Origin: Octopus sinensis
Taxonomy: Eukaryota
Assembly (NCBI RefSeq): GCF_006345805.1
Contig: NC_043002.1
Location: 27,776,001-27,840,000 of the forward strand
DNA length: 64,000 nt
Reading direction: 5' to 3'
The notes beneath the pieces were generated by a model. The model did no database searches, was not told where the DNA came from, and worked only from the letters and a program-made list of their open reading frames with translations. The first letter of the stretch is position 1; each line of letters starts with the position of its first letter. Below are positions 1-11,160 of the stretch, piece after piece. A program made the translations under genes and the position numbers.

Positions 1-404
1 AATGAACCATGACAGTGTCAGATTGAATCAAGATGAGGAATGTCAATGGAATTGAATAAAGAATGCTTGTGAATAAAATTTAACATGTGAATATCGATAG
101 AAATGAGGATGTAAATATGAAAAAAGAATGTAAAGAAAATACATAATAAATGAATTTAAACTGTATTCAGAAATGATGGGGTGAGTGAAATACACCATGA
201 AAAAATGTAGAAATGCAAAACACGGAAAGAAATGTAACTAATAAAAGTGTGTGAAGAACTGTGTGGGGAAAAGGAGGTGAATAAATATGTAAATAAAAGA
301 TATATGAATTTGACAAAAGTTCATAATATCCATAGCATAATGAAAACATCAACAACAATAATCAAATTTTTTTTTCTGATAAATGTCCATGATCTAAACT
401 TTCA

Positions 405-578
405 AGTGGAGTGGTAGTCGATTCCATTGACTCGAATGCAGAACTGATTTCATCGTCTCCGTTATGATGAAAATCAAAGTCGACCTCAGAGAATTTTCGA
501 CTCAGAGCGTAGACACAAACGGAAAGGCCGCTAAGCATTTCGCACGGTGTGCTAAAGATTTGGCCAGATCGCCGCCTT
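405..578 (-). mobile_element. tRNA-derived SINE, family A (head plus central domain, diverged)
   Basis: Matches other copies in the window (AAAGTCGACCTC...CGCCGCCTT on +); followed on + by (TAA)n. Confidence 0.6.
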
Positions 579-593
579 AATAATAATAATAAT

Positions 594-790
594 GGTTTCA
601 CATTTTGGCACAACGCCAGCAAGTTCGGGGTAGGGGATAAGTCAATTATTACGACTCCAGTGCTTGTAATTACTTTATCGACCCCGAAAGAAAGAGCCTC
701 GGCTGAACTTGAGCTTTGAACGTAAAAACGGACGAAATACTGCTAAACATTATGTCTGGCGTCCAAATGGTTCTTTTAGCTCACTGCCTT
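594..790 (-). mobile_element. tRNA-derived SINE, family A (diverged)
   Basis: TTTATCGACCCCGAAAG core and head ending GCCTT; (TAA)n on both sides. Confidence 0.6.
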
Positions 791-819
791 AATAATAATA
801 TTGATGATGAAAATAACAC

Positions 820-1048
820 TCCTTTATAATAGATACAATGCCTGAATTTCGGGAGGGGAGGGTCTAGTTGATCATATCGACCCCAGTGTTTCACTGGCAC
901 TTAATTTATTAACCTGGAAAGGATGAAAGGAAAAGTTGACCTCGGTGAATCTGAACTCACACCGTAAGGACAAACGAAATGTTGCTAAGCGTTTTGCTTA
1001 TTGTGCTAAGCATTTTGCCTATTGCCAATTCTGCCAGCTCGCTGCCTT
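820..1048 (-). mobile_element. tRNA-derived SINE, family A
   Basis: Core GGAAAGGATGAAAGGAAAAGTTGACCTCGG; A/B-box-like head on the minus strand. Confidence 0.75.
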
Positions 1049-1062
1049 ATAATCAAAATAAT

Positions 1063-1278
1063 ATTCCTTTCTACTATAGACACAAGGCCTGAAATTTTAG
1101 GAGAGGAGGCAGGTGAATACATCGACCGCAGTACATAACTAGTAATTATTTCATCGATCACAAAATAATGACAGGCAAAGTCGATCTCGGTGGAAGTTGA
1201 AATCAGAACGTAAGGGCGGACAAAATGCCACTAAGCATTTTGCCCGTCGTACTTTCGATTCAGCCAGCTCGCCGCCTT
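1063..1278 (-). mobile_element. tRNA-derived SINE, family A
   Basis: Tail TTTCTACTATAGACACAAGGCCTGAAATTTT, core AAAGTCGATCTCGG, head CAGCTCGCCGCCTT. Confidence 0.8.
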
Positions 1279-1324
1279 GGCTACCTTGCCGTGTCAGCAG
1301 ACAAGGAAATCCATAACTTTCACT

Positions 1325-1628
1325 GGATAGTATGCCCGAAGTATTATTACGAGGTAACGTGTACTTGGTACCAGTATACACCGAAAAAGGTAATAGACGA
1401 AAAGGGGAAGGTAAAAATTTCAGACAGACGAGGTGTTAGAGCACCGAAGACTGGATATTGTAACCTTAGGAGTGACAATCAAAAGTACCTAATAATCGTC
1501 GTGGCAGTGCCAGGAGATCAACATATACAAGAAAGAAAAAAGATTGATGAATATGGAGACCTGATAATGGATATCGGTAAGATATGGCAGCTACGAGAAT
1601 CAAACATAAGGGTTGTGCAAATTGTCGT
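1325..1628 (+). mobile_element. R4/Dong-type non-LTR retrotransposon relic, restriction-like endonuclease region
   Basis: Translation WYQYTPKKVIDEKGKVKI...LIIVVAVPGDQHIQERKKIDEYGDL...KIWQL...VVQIVVGILG resembles the C-terminal RLE region of R4/Dong ORFs. Confidence 0.7.
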
Positions 1629-1644
1629 CGGAATATTGGGTTCA

Positions 1645-1794
1645 ATACTACTCAACTGGTACTTAATCTATTGTCCCCGAAAGGATGAAAGGCAAAGTCA
1701 ACATCGGAAGAATTTGAACCCAGAACGTAGCGACGGGCGAAATACCTCTTAGCACTTCATCCGGCATGCTACCGATTCTGCGAGCTCACCGCCC

Positions 1795-1795
<1 letters not shown>
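1645..1795 (-). mobile_element. tRNA-derived SINE, family A (3'-truncated)
   Basis: CCCCGAAAGGATGAAAGGCAAAGTCAAC core plus head; abuts a long (AAT)n tract. Confidence 0.75.
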
Positions 1796-1879
<84 letters not shown>

Positions 1880-1966
1880 AATAATAATAATAACAACAAC
1901 AACAACAACAACAATAATAATAATAAAACAACAACAACAACAACAACTTTCTACCATAATAATAAT
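1795..1966. repeat. (AAT)n/(AAC)n microsatellite
   Basis: Directly visible. Confidence 0.95.
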
Positions 1967-2044
1967 AATCTTTTCTACTATAGGCAGAGGGCCTGAAATT
2001 TTGGGGAAGGGGTCTAGTTGACTGGAACTTCCACCAACTGCATT

Positions 2045-3055
2045 GCCGACTGGCAAAGGATTGTAAGCGCCTGACGATAATCTCGGTGCTAAGTGCCCTA
2101 CCTCGATTTTCGCTTGATCCAGGATTGCAGCTTCGAAAAAGAAGCGAGCTACGGAAGAGCGATTCTGACAAACGGCGGCCACACCTGCTCATCGGCAAAG
2201 AAGAACTGGAGATGTCATTATCTCAGCGCATGTCTTTGCATCAGCAGCCACGGCATTTTAAGTCCTCGATTTAGTGGGTGTTGACAACAAATGGGGCGCT
2301 TGGCCAGTGGAGCGCGTCCTATTCACATAAAAAGTAAGAGTATCCGATCTAGACTTGTCAGGCGTAAACTGGGGCAAGCTATGACGATTATGCGGTAATA
2401 GATGATGGAGGTGATGTGTGCATTCGCTTCCTAAGCCCGACCTTTCAGAGACAGCATTCTTTCGCCCCATTTCTGTGAGAGAGTGGCCACCTTGACGTTA
2501 CCTTGTCTCAGTTCTTCTCTCCTTGGAGATCCAGACGAAGCCAGATTCCAAGAAATTCAACTGGTCCCTCCGTCCAGCGTCCCCTGACGTTATTGGACGA
2601 CATGAACCTGCTTCTCCAGGTGCTGAGTTTCAGACTCACTGACATTTCTTGATTACTTATAGCTCCTTCCACCGTCTTGTGTTCTTTTAGTGCTGTAGCC
2701 ATTCACCTGAACTACCGAACAGATTACGCTGTACTGCGTTGCAATCCAGGCACAGAGGACACGACCGAAACGCCGGCCAAGTATTAGTGGTTGAGACTTT
2801 CGAGGGCTTTTGACTTATCCATATTCATCAGGGCACCATCCGTGCCACTTTTTTTTACCCACCCTGGTGGATGTTGTCGTGAACAGATCTGCTTGGGATG
2901 TTTGAATTTCAGCAATCAGTTCCTCGACGACAAGCATTAACCTCTTCTCTAAAACCTTGGCCAAACTTTTGGAATCTGCTTTCAGCAGCGTTATAGGCCT
3001 AAACGTTTCTAATTGGCCCACTTGCTTGGGTCCCGTTTTAGTGGTGCCACCGCTA
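2045..3055 (-). mobile_element. Older, internally deleted Tx1-like RT fragment
   Basis: Collinear with about 5830-7090 of the long element (e.g. CAAACGGCGGCCACACCTGCTCATC vs CAAACGGCGACCACACCTGTTCACC). Peptides FRPITLLKADSKSLAKVLEKRL and GRWTEGPVEFLGIW. Confidence 0.85.
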
Positions 3056-3277
3056 TTCACTCCCGATCTGTTGTTAGCTACTCACCTGATTGGTCTGTAT
3101 CGATAATTCCATCCAAGTACCTGACCAATTTTTGTTTCCCATTTTGTGCACTTGGAGAGTTGTTGCTTTGTTCTCTATGCCGTATAATACGGGTGTTATC
3201 TACGTCTCTTACCTTTATTTTAACCACACTCCAACCGAAGTATGTCGGAAGTAACCACAATTCCTGCTCTCTTACTC

Positions 3278-3328
<51 letters not shown>

Positions 3329-3336
3329 TGTAATAA

Positions 3337-3727
3337 TCCTTTCTACTATAGGCACAAGGTCTAAAATTTTGGAGAGGAGGATAGTCGGTCATATTGACAC
3401 CAGTATTCAACTGGTACTTATTTTATCGATCCTAAAAGGGTGAAATGCAACGTTGACCTCGGTGGAATTTGAAATCAACACGTGAAGACTTACGAAATGC
3501 TGCTATTCGTGGGTGGTTTCTGGTTTAGATACAATAAAACCACAAATTTCGATTCAAGGTGGAGCAATGGATACCACCAACTCCAGTAGCTGATTGGCAC
3601 TTATTTTACCGACCCTGCAGATATGAAAGTTAACGTTACCCTCAGCCGGACTAGAATTCAGATTGCAAAAAGCAGGAGGAACTACCACAAAGCATTTTTT
3701 CCTGAACTTTAATAATTCTGCCAATCC
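3337..3727 (-). mobile_element. Two tandem diverged family-A SINE copies
   Basis: Tail TTTCTACTATAGGCACAAGG after (AAT)n at 3278-3336; core motifs recur at about 3420-3470 and 3600-3650. Confidence 0.6.
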
Positions 3728-4677
3728 AAAGGTAATAATGGTGCCGGTAGATTTTGAAATTTAAAAAATAAATGCAATTTTACAGGCATTCTTGATATTA
3801 TGAAAAGTAATAGAATGATAATGAGGATGAATGTAAATTATAAAAATACTGATGGTCATAGAAAATACAATTGCAAATATGGCGATGAAGCTCTTACTGT
3901 AATAGTAATGTGATTTTGAAATAGCTGGAAAAAAAACTGAAATTGCAATGTTAAGAATAGAGGTTGTTTGTTCAAGATACATGTTGGTACGCATACAATC
4001 AAGAAAATATATGTTGCTACATGGAATGGTCGTTACGGAATAATGGGTTTCAAGAAATATTAAGGTTAACGTAAGGACGAAATGGGTGCTTGAGTTAATT
4101 ATGCAAAGTGCACTGTTTTTGCGTAGGTTTGCTTGGAGCATCTCAGAATATCATTATCAGCGAACCTTGACAATTTAGCAGGTATTTTGACCAAAGAAAG
4201 TATTTCGAATATGCCACACAATAGAGGTATATGTGTACTTAACACATTCTTTTCGTGATAAGTATGGTTGTTTTACTTCCACTTCATCATACTGAAATGC
4301 AGTGTCTTGTACATTCAAGCTATAGATAGTAGTGTATATCGCATACATCCCGATATATATAAGAAGCTGGGCAGGATACATCGAAACGGATGGCTTTATG
4401 TGTAACGGTTCTAATAATGGTTATTGAGGTAGCAAATATATAGCTAGAGCACTCATTTCAATTTAATTCAAGAGGAACATTATAGAAATAACAACTAGAC
4501 ACACATGAGACCAGAACAGCTCATCTTAGCTTGCTTCAATGGTATATAAGTCACTTAATGTACTCAAGACATTAAATTTTTTTGAGACATTAAAATTTTA
4601 TGGACCATAAGATGTTTGATAAACCATAGAAAAATCACTTGTATATCCTCATAAGTGAGAGGTACAAGCATACATGG

Positions 4678-4678
<1 letters not shown>

Positions 4679-4766
<88 letters not shown>
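4679..4766. repeat. (GATA)22 microsatellite at the 3' flank of the Tx1 element
   Basis: Directly visible. Confidence 0.95.
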
Positions 4767-5159
4767 TGTTTCTTTTTTAGCCACACAGGGCTGCACACAG
4801 ACAGAACAAATTACAAGGTAGAGCTTTTCTTTTGGGGGTAAAAAAAAGGGGGTTGGTTTTCGATCAAAAGGGATCGTAAAAGGAAAGAAAGGGGACAAAA
4901 AAGGGGAGGATTTTTTTAAAAGAGGGGGGAGAGGGAAAAAAAAGAAAAGGGGAGAGGAAAAAAAGTTGATCAATAGGGATCGTAATCACAGAAATGTCAA
5001 TATGAAGTGTAAAGGGGAGGACAGGTGAGGTTTACCCGTGGAAAGAAAAGCCTACGGAAAAGACCACGGTAACCTCGGTCAATGAAGTCACATGTTATAT
5101 TTCTTTCTTTAATTTTTTTTTCTTCCAAATAAGCAACTCTCTGTATTAATTTTTACGGT

Positions 5160-8100
5160 TCATAGAATCATAGTCAAGGTGGCTTCGTCATTCATACGTG
5201 CCATCCTTGCTACATTCACCCATCTTTTTTTAAAACATTCACTAGACAAAACTTGCCTCTCTACTCTCACTTTCCTCTTCAAGTGATACTTGAAGAAGTT
5301 GATGAGAGATTGACCAGAGAGGAAAGTGTTTGTCTCTAATCCTTTCAGGCGCGTCCACCAGATACATTCTTTCGCCATAGCCACAAGTATGATAAATATA
5401 GCTCTTCTTTCCCGTTTGAAGGAAGGAGGCGTGACGATATTAACGATAGACTCGGCTGATAGACCGGCACATCCCACACGTGACAGCAGTCGTTCGACAT
5501 AAGCCCACAGGTCGGAAATTGCTGGACACTGCACGATTGCGTGCGGAGCGGTTTCGTCGCTCTGCCCGCATCTCGGGCAGGTTGGCCCCGTGTTTCTCGA
5601 GCCATGCCTATAGAGCTTATCCCGAACGGGTAGCGCTTCTCGGTAGCACCGCCAGGCCAGGGATCTCTGGAAGTTGTCCATAGGTCCCGGGCCGAAAGTC
5701 GTTTGAAACAGGCGGGTCAGGTATTCCTCGTCGACGCCCAGGTTTGCCCCGAGATCGTCGTCGTACCTCCCCTCCACTAATCCCCTATAGAATGCTTTGG
5801 TTGTGTTGAAGTCACTCAAGGTCGACCCGGGACGGCAGAGTTGCTTGAGAGCAACGCGACACTCACGGTGCCATTCGCCCTTCCTCGGCCTCTTTTTGAT
5901 TCACGACTGCAGTTCGGTCACGGAGACGAGTTGCGGGAATGCGTGCCTCACAAACGGCGACCACACCTGTTCACCGTCGTCTACATAGAGCCGGAGATGT
6001 CGCAGTCTCAGCGCGTGTCTGCGCATCATCAACCACGGCATGCCCAGCCCTCCTTTTAACGGGTGTTGACAGCAAATGGATCGCGTGACCATCGGGACGC
6101 ATCCTTTCCACAAGAAGCGGAAGAGGATGCGTTCTAGTTTGGTGATGGTAGGGTCGGGACAAGGTACGACGGTCAGGCGGTAGTAGATGATGGACGCGAT
6201 GTACGCGTTCGCCACCTCCGCCCGACCTTTCAGGGACAGTTTCCTCTCGGCCCATTGCTGGGCGAGAGTGACCACCCTACTCATTATCTCGTTCCAGTTC
6301 TTCTCCATTTGGAGGTCCGGACCGAACCAGACCCCGAGCAACTCAACCGGGCCGTCTGTCCAGCGTCCCACGACGGAGGTACTGGTGGACGGCATGGGCT
6401 TGCTTCTCCAGGTGCCGAGCCGCAAGCCCACTGACTTTTCCCGGTTGATTTTTGCTCCTGTCACCGCTTCGTAGTCTTTCAGTGTCTCGCCGACCCGCTC
6501 GATGTGCTCGTGGCTTGACACTATGACGGTGACGTCGTCCGCGTATGCAGACACGCTCGTCCCGCATCCTAATTCTCGCGGGATGCCCCTCAGAGTCGCC
6601 AGTTTCCGCAGTAGTGGCTCAAGAGTCAATACGTATAGAAGCGCCGAGAGGGGGCATCCCTGACGGACCGAACGTGCAATGTCGAAAGGTCTCGATAGAT
6701 GTCCATTTACGCGAATTACCGAACGGATGCCTCTGTACAAGGCAGCTATCCAGCCGCGGAAGACGGGACCGAAACCAGCCGCTCTCAGGACTGCCTCCAA
6801 GTATCGATGGTCTACCCTATCGAAGGCTTTCGATTGATCCAAGTTGATCAGGGCCCCACCCATGCCAGGTTCGTTAACTACCCTGTCTATGATGTAGCGC
6901 ATCAGATGGAGGTTGTCATGGATGCTCCGGCCCGGCACGGCGCACGTTTGTGCGTTGTCGACCAGTTTCTCGATGACAAGCGCCAACCTCTTGGCTAACA
7001 CCTTTGTCAAAAATTTCAGGTCTGCATTGAGCAGAGTGATTGGTCTAAAGTTATCTATAATGTTCCCCTTGTTTGGATCTTTCTTCAGCAGTGTTACAGC
7101 TCCTCGACTCACAAAACCGGGTATGCTCCCGTTTTGCTGCCAGTTGCAGTATACCGCCGCCAAGACGTCTCCAAACAAGTCTGGCATACAATTGTAAAAC
7201 TCGTAGGGCAGACCATCCAAACCCGGCGATTTGTCTCTCGAGCATTCTGCCATCGCGTCCTACACATCCGCCGCCGTGATGGCACCTTCGCAGCACTCTG
7301 CCTCTCTTGCCGAGAGTCGTGGTAGGCTGTGCAGGTAGGCACTGAAGTCCACCCTGCGTTCACGCTCACCACTCGTCCCGTACAGTTGGGGAAAGTGCCG
7401 CTGAAATGTCTCGCACATCTTGCTGGGCTCGAGCAATTCGCGCCCTTGTTCATCTACCAGAGACCAAATGGTGGCTTCGTTGCCCTGCTGCGCCTCCGCC
7501 ACCCGGGCCTCCCTCGCGGCTCCAACACCTTCCATCCTTAGAGCCCGCATCCTAGCCCTGACAGCACACCCTTCGTGTTTGGCGTTGAAGTGTTGGTCAA
7601 GGGCCAACCTTGCTGCCAAAACGTCGGGTGTGATGCCGCTTCTTATTGCCTCTTCTAACTTCTTAACTAACTCACCCTCTACTCTATTTCTATCTACGGC
7701 TAGTGCCTTGCTATATCTTATTGCTTCCGCTTTTACTGCTCTCTTGAGGGCGAATCACCATTTGTTGTTGACAATGGCTTCCGTTAAAGCCCTTTTTACT
7801 AACGTGTTGATTCTGTCTCTGAAAACTTGTCTGTACGGGAATGATGCATTCAGTTTCCAGTAACCAGGACCCTGTCTATGTGCCTTATCTAAGTCTAGCG
7901 TACACGTCACGAATTTGTGATCCGTGTAGCTGACTGTATGGAATTGTGGACATCCTAAGTTATCCTTGTCTACTGTCCTACACAGTATCCTATCTAGATA
8001 CGATCTCGACGACCCACTGCGGTTGCTCCATGTCCACGTTGGTGCATTTGGGTGGTCGAGTAGGTACCTGTTAGACAGTTGGAATCGTCTGAGCAGGTCT

Positions 8101-8595
8101 CTGAGGCATTTGCATCTCTTCTGTTTTTGTCTCTCCCCACATAGTCTAGATGCGTGTCCAAGGTAGCATTCCAATCCCCCACTAAAAGTAAAGGACAAGA
8201 CGTTCCCAAGAATACTTCTAGACGTCGAAAGAAATCTGGCCGACCTGTTAAAGACGGTGCGTAGACTGATACGAGTTGAAAAGCGCACCCATTGCTGCCG
8301 TCGACATCCAGAACGACCAGTCTACACTCGGGTCTACGAATATCGTCTTGACTTCGAGATCCAGGCTCTTGTGAAAAAGTACCGTGGTGCCACTACCGCC
8401 CATCCTCGGCAGACAGGGAGCAAAATAAATGTTAAACTGTCCGCCAAACATGGACTTTAGGGCCCGTGGCTCGTGGAGTCTGGTTTCACTTATGGCTATG
8501 ATTCCCAAATCGTGTGACTTGATGTCAATTAGGAGGTATCCTTGTTTCCAAGGAGACCCCAAGCCACGCGCATTCACACAACCAGTCTTGACCAT
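5160..8595 (-). pseudogene. Tx1 ORF2: APE endonuclease, reverse transcriptase and C-terminal Cys/His motif, broken by frameshifts and stops
   Basis: APE motifs VNARGL, ISETRL, GDWNA, YLDRI, YTDHK, WKLN; RT motifs listed in the next feature; CPRCGQSDETAPHAIVQC near the C-terminus. Split over ORFs 8248-8595, 7994-8209, 7755-8288, 7260-7619, 5901-7253 and 5160-5819. Confidence 0.92.
5901..7253 (-). CDS. Uninterrupted reverse transcriptase domain (450 aa) of Tx1 ORF2
   Basis: KSPGLDGLP, FRPITLLNADLK, LDQSKAFDRV, VRQGCPLS, YADDV. Confidence 0.95.
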   Translation of the reverse strand: MAECSRDKSPGLDGLPYEFYNCMPDLFGDVLAAVYCNWQQNGSIPGFVSRGAVTLLKKDPNKGNIIDNFRPITLLNADLKFLTKVLAKRLALVIEKLVDNAQTCAVPGRSIHDNLHLMRYIIDRVVNEPGMGGALINLDQSKAFDRVDHRYLEAVLRAAGFGPVFRGWIAALYRGIRSVIRVNGHLSRPFDIARSVRQGCPLSALLYVLTLEPLLRKLATLRGIPRELGCGTSVSAYADDVTVIVSSHEHIERVGETLKDYEAVTGAKINREKSVGLRLGTWRSKPMPSTSTSVVGRWTDGPVELLGVWFGPDLQMEKNWNEIMSRVVTLAQQWAERKLSLKGRAEVANAYIASIIYYRLTVVPCPDPTITKLERILFRFLWKGCVPMVTRSICCQHPLKGGLGMPWLMMRRHALRLRHLRLYVDDGEQVWSPFVRHAFPQLVSVTELQS

Positions 8596-8645
8596 GATTC
8601 TATTGGGGTGTGTGCTTTAAAGCACAAAAAGGAAAGTACGGAGAG

Positions 8646-10310
8646 TTACTTACTTGTGTCGAAAGTTTTGGCTTCCTCGTTCTTTGATGTGTCTTGGAGG
8701 AGGTTTTTATAAAGTTTTTGGGAGAGATATTTTTGGAAACCCCCTACAGCATTTGGGAAGAGGGCTTTGAGTTTGTGGTGTTGTGTTTGTGTGCTGTGTA
8801 GTATTTTGATGTGTTTGGGTGGTGTAGTGCGTGGATGGTTGTTAGTTTTGAAGTCATCTTCACAGATGTTTGTGTAGCCTGTGATGTACCCCATTAGTTT
8901 GGAGTCTTTTGTGTCTATCGCTGATAGCATTGTGTGTGTTTTTGTGGTGTTGGTGCTTGTTTGGTTGAGTATGGAGCTTTCAGGGTTCAGGTATCTCCCT
9001 GCTTTGGTTGCGTTTTCTTTGGTTTTTTGGGGTCTTTCCTTTTACCCCCTGTGGCTATTTGCCATTCCGTCGAACTTTCGTCGTTGGACGACGAGTCCGA
9101 ATCAGAAGAGGGTAGAGGCAAAGCGTTTGGATCAATATGTGTGTTTGTAGGTGTTGTTGTTTTGTGTGGTGTTTGTGTTGTTGGGGTGTTAGGGCAGAAT
9201 TTGTCTTTTCGTCATTGTTATTTGTTATTTTGGTTGTTGTTCTTGGTGCTGGTGTTGGTGTTGGTATATCTTTTGATGTTGGTGGTGATGTTGCTTCTTT
9301 TGTTGGTTGCGATGTCGGAGGTAATTCTCTTCTTGGTGATGTGGTTGGTGAGGGGGAAACAGTTTTTGTATCGTCCGCTGTTTTTCCTGTCTTTTGGGTT
9401 GAAGGAGGTGTGGGTAGCAGGGGTTTCCTTCCAGGTTTGGGGAGTGGTTGCTGTTGCCTATTTCTGACAGCAGTTGGGCACTCGTATCTAAGGTGTGCCT
9501 TACTGTTGCATAAATAGCATCTTGGTCTCCTGCCCTCCACCACTACACACAATTTTTGGTCGTTTGCCAGTTGAACACAGGCTGGTAAATTGTTTATTGC
9601 TTCTTGAGAGATTTGAAGCAATATTTCGAGTTTTTTACCAGTCCAGCTTTCCTCTGGAATGTCAGCTGTTTCTAAAATATCTGCTTCTTCTATATCGAAG
9701 CAGAAGGCCGATACCAGCCACTGGGTATCCACCATTGGCGGCACATTATTTATTGTGACTTTCGTAATTCTGCGCCCAAGGTAGCTGGGTACCATTGTTA
9801 CCTGGTCTGTGCGCAGAGTAAGGGTTGAAAACCTTTTTGCTAGTTCTTCCGTATGGAAGCGAACTTGCACGGTAGCAAATTTACTTCCCCAATTCACATA
9901 ATTTCGGAATTTCCACACGGAAGAGAGGCACTTTTCAATTTTTTCTTTAGGTAGGCTTTCTGGTCTTTTTGTTTTGGTGTTGAGTATTCTGTAAATGATG
10001 GTCTTCTTTTGTGTTTCTTCTATGATGTTCCGTGGAATATTTAAATGTATTGTGTCGCCTTCTTTGGTGAGCAAGGACTTTGTGTCTTGTATTTGTTGGT
10101 GAGTAAATTTTAGGATTTTTCTTTTCGGTCGTATGGCTTCCGCGAAATTGTTTTTTGTGGAGGGTTAGTGGTGGTGGTGGTGGTGATGTTTGTGGCAGAG
10201 TCGTTCGTAGTAGTAGTAAACTGTGAAGTCGGATTGTTTACCAGTTTTTGAGTGGAGGTCGCGATGTTAGCGTTCATGCTCACATTTGCGTTCGTGTTGT
10301 TTTCCCCCAT
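8646..10310 (-). pseudogene. Tx1 ORF1 (gag-like nucleic-acid-binding protein), frameshifted
   Basis: ORFs 10110-10310, 9055-10074 and 8646-8930; CYLCNSKAHLRYEC zinc knuckle (CX2CX4HX4C) followed by a Pro/Thr-rich tail; lies upstream of ORF2. Confidence 0.8.
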
Positions 10311-10609
10311 TTCCCCTGCTTTATGAAATTGTGAAAGATAGATAGATAGATAGAATTTTATCTAACTCAGCTACCTGCTTCTATATTAATGTGTAAGTGG
10401 TTGAATACAGAAGAACGTGTACACTTAATATAATTCTCAGGGAGAATCAGCGTGACCTGGAATGCGACAAGGTCACAAATCAATTACTGGTACAAATCAA
10501 TATATGAGCACCTATACCTTTTCCATTTCACTCACATGTGTGGGTCAAACTTGAGACTATAGAAATACGATTTGCCTAAGATACCGATTGAAAAATTTGG
10601 AGTTCACAA

Positions 10610-11160
10610 GAAGTAAAGTTGGACATTTATTTTTTCATCGCTACAATTGTTTCCACGCAACGTAGTTCCTCAGACATGCAGGTACTTGATTATGCAACTG
10701 TTTCCCAGCATTATGAGATCTAGTTGTGTTTCTTCAAGCGATATGTAAATATTGTTTCCGTAAGTTCACATTCGCTTCTTCCAGAACACCCTCTCTATCT
10801 ATCGTGGCCTGGATTTAGTAGCTGTCACCGAGTTTATCACGGTGTGTTGCTGAAGGACTGTTGAAAAACTGCTTTGAATGTGTAGATGTAGTAGGATGGT
10901 GATTCTGATACTGTTAAAAGGGTTTCCGTATTAAAGGGATTAACATTTGATTTCTTTGTACAGTTGATTTGTTCGTTATGGTTGGTTACACATGCGACTG
11001 TCCTTAGCTGACCTTTACTAATCGGCCTACACGCACATAAATGTGGTGTGAACATTTATAATTATTGATTGGATGCTTGGTTTTGCGGTGCTACCAATGA
11101 TACCTGCATATTTTGCGTGCAATAATAAGTAGTCCTGCTTTAGTATTAATCATGTGGTTT
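10610..11160 (-). mobile_element. Highly decayed R4/Dong-like LINE 3' region
   Basis: Fragmentary peptides LVAPQNQA (cf. IIAAQDQA), a C-x-x-C-like RMCNQ segment and a DLIM segment, across frameshifts. Confidence 0.4.

Larger units (their letters stand above)
4767..10336 (-). mobile_element. Near-full-length Tx1-clade (L1-like) non-LTR retrotransposon, about 5.6 kb, inactivated
   Basis: ORF1 with a CCHC knuckle; ORF2 with APE, RT and C-terminal zinc motif; pyrimidine-rich 3' UTR ending AAAAAAGAAACA; (GATA)n at both flanks. Confidence 0.93.

Noticed and set aside
167-358. Hydrophobic minus-strand ORF resembling a transmembrane segment
   Set aside because: The plus strand is purine/A-rich, so the reverse frame is automatically F/I/L/S-rich; in-frame stops follow and there is no family motif.
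3761-4381. Two minus-strand ORFs with a faint resemblance to a Cys-loop/chemotactile receptor (TFFGQNTC, hydrophobic helices)
   Set aside because: No intact C-x13-C loop, no WxPD or LPxxSGEK-type motif and no signal peptide; strand bias explains the hydrophobicity. An HMM search (Neur_chan_LBD/memb, 7TM) would be needed to revive it.
5345-9758. Many alternative-frame and antisense ORFs overlapping the Tx1 element
   Set aside because: They are shadows of GC-rich coding sequence with no independent motifs.
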